Below are positions 62,156-64,000 of a DNA stretch of 64,000 nucleotides, piece after piece. The notes under the pieces were generated by a model. The model saw only the letters and a list, made by a program, of their open reading frames with translations, searched no databases and was not told the origin of the DNA. Every line of letters starts with the position of its first letter. Within the stretch, counting starts at the first letter, position 1. Position numbers and translations under genes: made by a program. The DNA comes from Raja brachyura (lineage: Eukaryota), in assembly GCA_963514005.1 (NCBI GenBank), contig OY740786.1, forward strand, positions 16,802,001 through 16,866,000, in the 5' to 3' direction.

Positions 62156-62419
62156 ACCTATTCCTTTTCTCCAGACATTCTGTCTGACCCAGTTACTTCA
62201 GCTTTTTGCGTCTTCGGTTTAAACCAGCATCTGCAGTTCCTTCCAACACCAATATTAGAGGAACATATTTAATCCTGTGTGCATCAATTAATCTACCTCT
62301 TTATATTTCTGTCATTCACTACACATATGAAATGGAAAAAGTACAAAACATGTGCAGAGTGTTGTGGGTCTTTGATGATATTGGCTGCCTTATAGTGTTC
62401 TGAGGATAGGGTTAAAAAA

Positions 62420-62600
62420 AGACACAAAGTGCTGGAGTAACTCAACAGGTCACGCAGCATCTCTGGAGTGCATGGATAGTCAAAGCTTCAGGTTTGGATC
62501 CTTCTCGAAGAAATATCACTTATTCATAACCTGCAGAGATGCTGCCTGACCCACAGAGTTACTCCAGAAATGTGTGTCATTTTTTTGTAAACCAGCATTG
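62420..62600. mobile_element. Penelope-type head-to-head pair (degenerate)
   Basis: GACACAAAGTGCTGGAGTAACTC / GAGTTACTCCAGAAATGTGTGTC. Confidence 0.6.
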
Positions 62601-63191
62601 TAGCTCCTTGTGTCAATTAAGGGCAAGGTACTTGGGAGTCTTTTTCCTGTCATAGGGTTATCAAAAAAAGGGCATAGGTTTAAGGCGCGAGGAAGAAGGT
62701 TAAAAAGGGAATTTCAACAGAAAGGTTACCAAAATACAAACTAGATATCTTGAACTCCCTGCCAGAAGTGGTGACAGAGTCAGATACAATTATTACATTT
62801 AAAAACACATTCAAACAGGCACAAACAACCAAGGCATACAATACAAAAGATCTAATACAGGAAAATGAGATTAGTATTTAAGGGCAAAAAGGTCAGCATG
62901 AACGTGGTGGGCGAATGGTTGAAGGGCCTGTTTCTGAACTGTTAAATTTTAGGACCCTTTAATATTATGGATTTTAAATGAAATTAAAAATTGAACATTG
63001 TTTGGTAAATATCCATTGTATTTCCATTATATTAATTTGCTCAAAAACCTCCATTAGGTTTGTCTTGCAGAGATTCCTTGTAACATTACTGCAGATTTTA
63101 AAACCACTATTTTTATTTAAGCAACATTGAAAAAGTATAATTACATCTCCGGCTGTCTTACCAACACAACTAGTAACGAGTACAGGAAATA

Positions 63192-63319
63192 CAGTGCCTG
63201 AAAAACTCCTTTGGTGCTTTAGCAGTATGTTTGGGATCATTGTCTTGCTGCAGAATGAACTGCCAGCCAATGAGCTTTGAAGCATTTATTTGAACTTGAG
63301 CAGATAGGATGTATCTATA
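63192..63319 (-). mobile_element. Tc1 fragment (TIR stub plus transposase piece)
   Basis: TA|CAGTGCC followed by QQDNDPKHTAK on the minus strand. Confidence 0.8.
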
Positions 63320-63679
63320 GGGAGGTTTCACGGCAGTCGGGTCACAACCCATGACCTGTACTGTTGCTATACTACTCCAACTGGAGTACACGCGATGAAC
63401 TGCAGGTACGCACTTACCATTGTTTCCAGCGTAGCGGGCCCGTTAAAACCCGCCGAAATTGCCAATTTTTGCGCTGTAAATAATTATGGAAATCGGGATA
63501 AGCGTGAGAGACATTTAGCCTACTTCAGAATTCTAAAACTGAGGAGGAATGACGGTAGATAGAAGCGAGAGCTGAAGGGACAACAACAGCCAAAGTGCTT
63601 GACGAACATTGGCCGTTTGCTCACTGCATTTCATCAGCTAAGGCATTATTTGTGTTTTTTCTTGATTCCTTTGGCAAGT

Positions 63680-63932
63680 AATGGGTGACGTTTTGGGTCA
63701 AGACCCTTCTTTCAGACTGAAGATGTCTCGACACGAAACGTCACCCATTCCTTCTCTCCAGAAATACTGTCGGTCCCACTGAGTTACTCCTGCATTTTGT
63801 CTATCTTCAAATGACGTCACGCGCTCCAGATGGCTGTGCGAACGCATGAATTCTCGCAGGACAGTCGCGTTTCAACGCAACCATGAGGTCGCGTAATTAG
63901 CGTGCCAAGGACACGTAAGTGGGACTGGGGCT
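63680..63932. mobile_element. Right half of the same Harbinger-like MITE as 53446-55502, including its Penelope-type piece
   Basis: Collinear with 53860-54097 and ends AAGTGGGACTGGGGCT|TAA. Confidence 0.8.
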
Positions 63933-64000
63933 TAAGATTTGGCTGATGTCTCTAACAGTTTTATTTTTGTTTCTCAGTCTCATAATGGCTTCTTTGACTT

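Overview
Vertebrate genomic DNA, most likely a cartilaginous fish (skate/ray-type CR1, HE1/V-SINE and Penelope repeats; inferred from repeat content). The window holds the 5' part of INPP4A (inositol polyphosphate 4-phosphatase type I A) on the minus strand: five GT-AG coding exons between 12781 and 2266 (464 nt), a candidate 5'UTR exon at ~44.2 kb, and a promoter presumably beyond the right edge. The rest is presumably intron and is packed with nested mobile DNA. This includes two DIRS1-type tyrosine-recombinase retrotransposons (one with complete ITR/ICR termini, ATT junctions and a methyltransferase-like domain), CR1, Rex1-like, L1 and RTEX-like LINEs, three Tc1 copies, a Harbinger-like MITE and two non-autonomous TIR elements with unusual 5-bp and 7-bp TSDs. 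More than 10 short Penelope-type terminal-repeat units carry a minimal hammerhead-ribozyme motif, often head-to-head. All family assignments come from motif recognition, not database searches.
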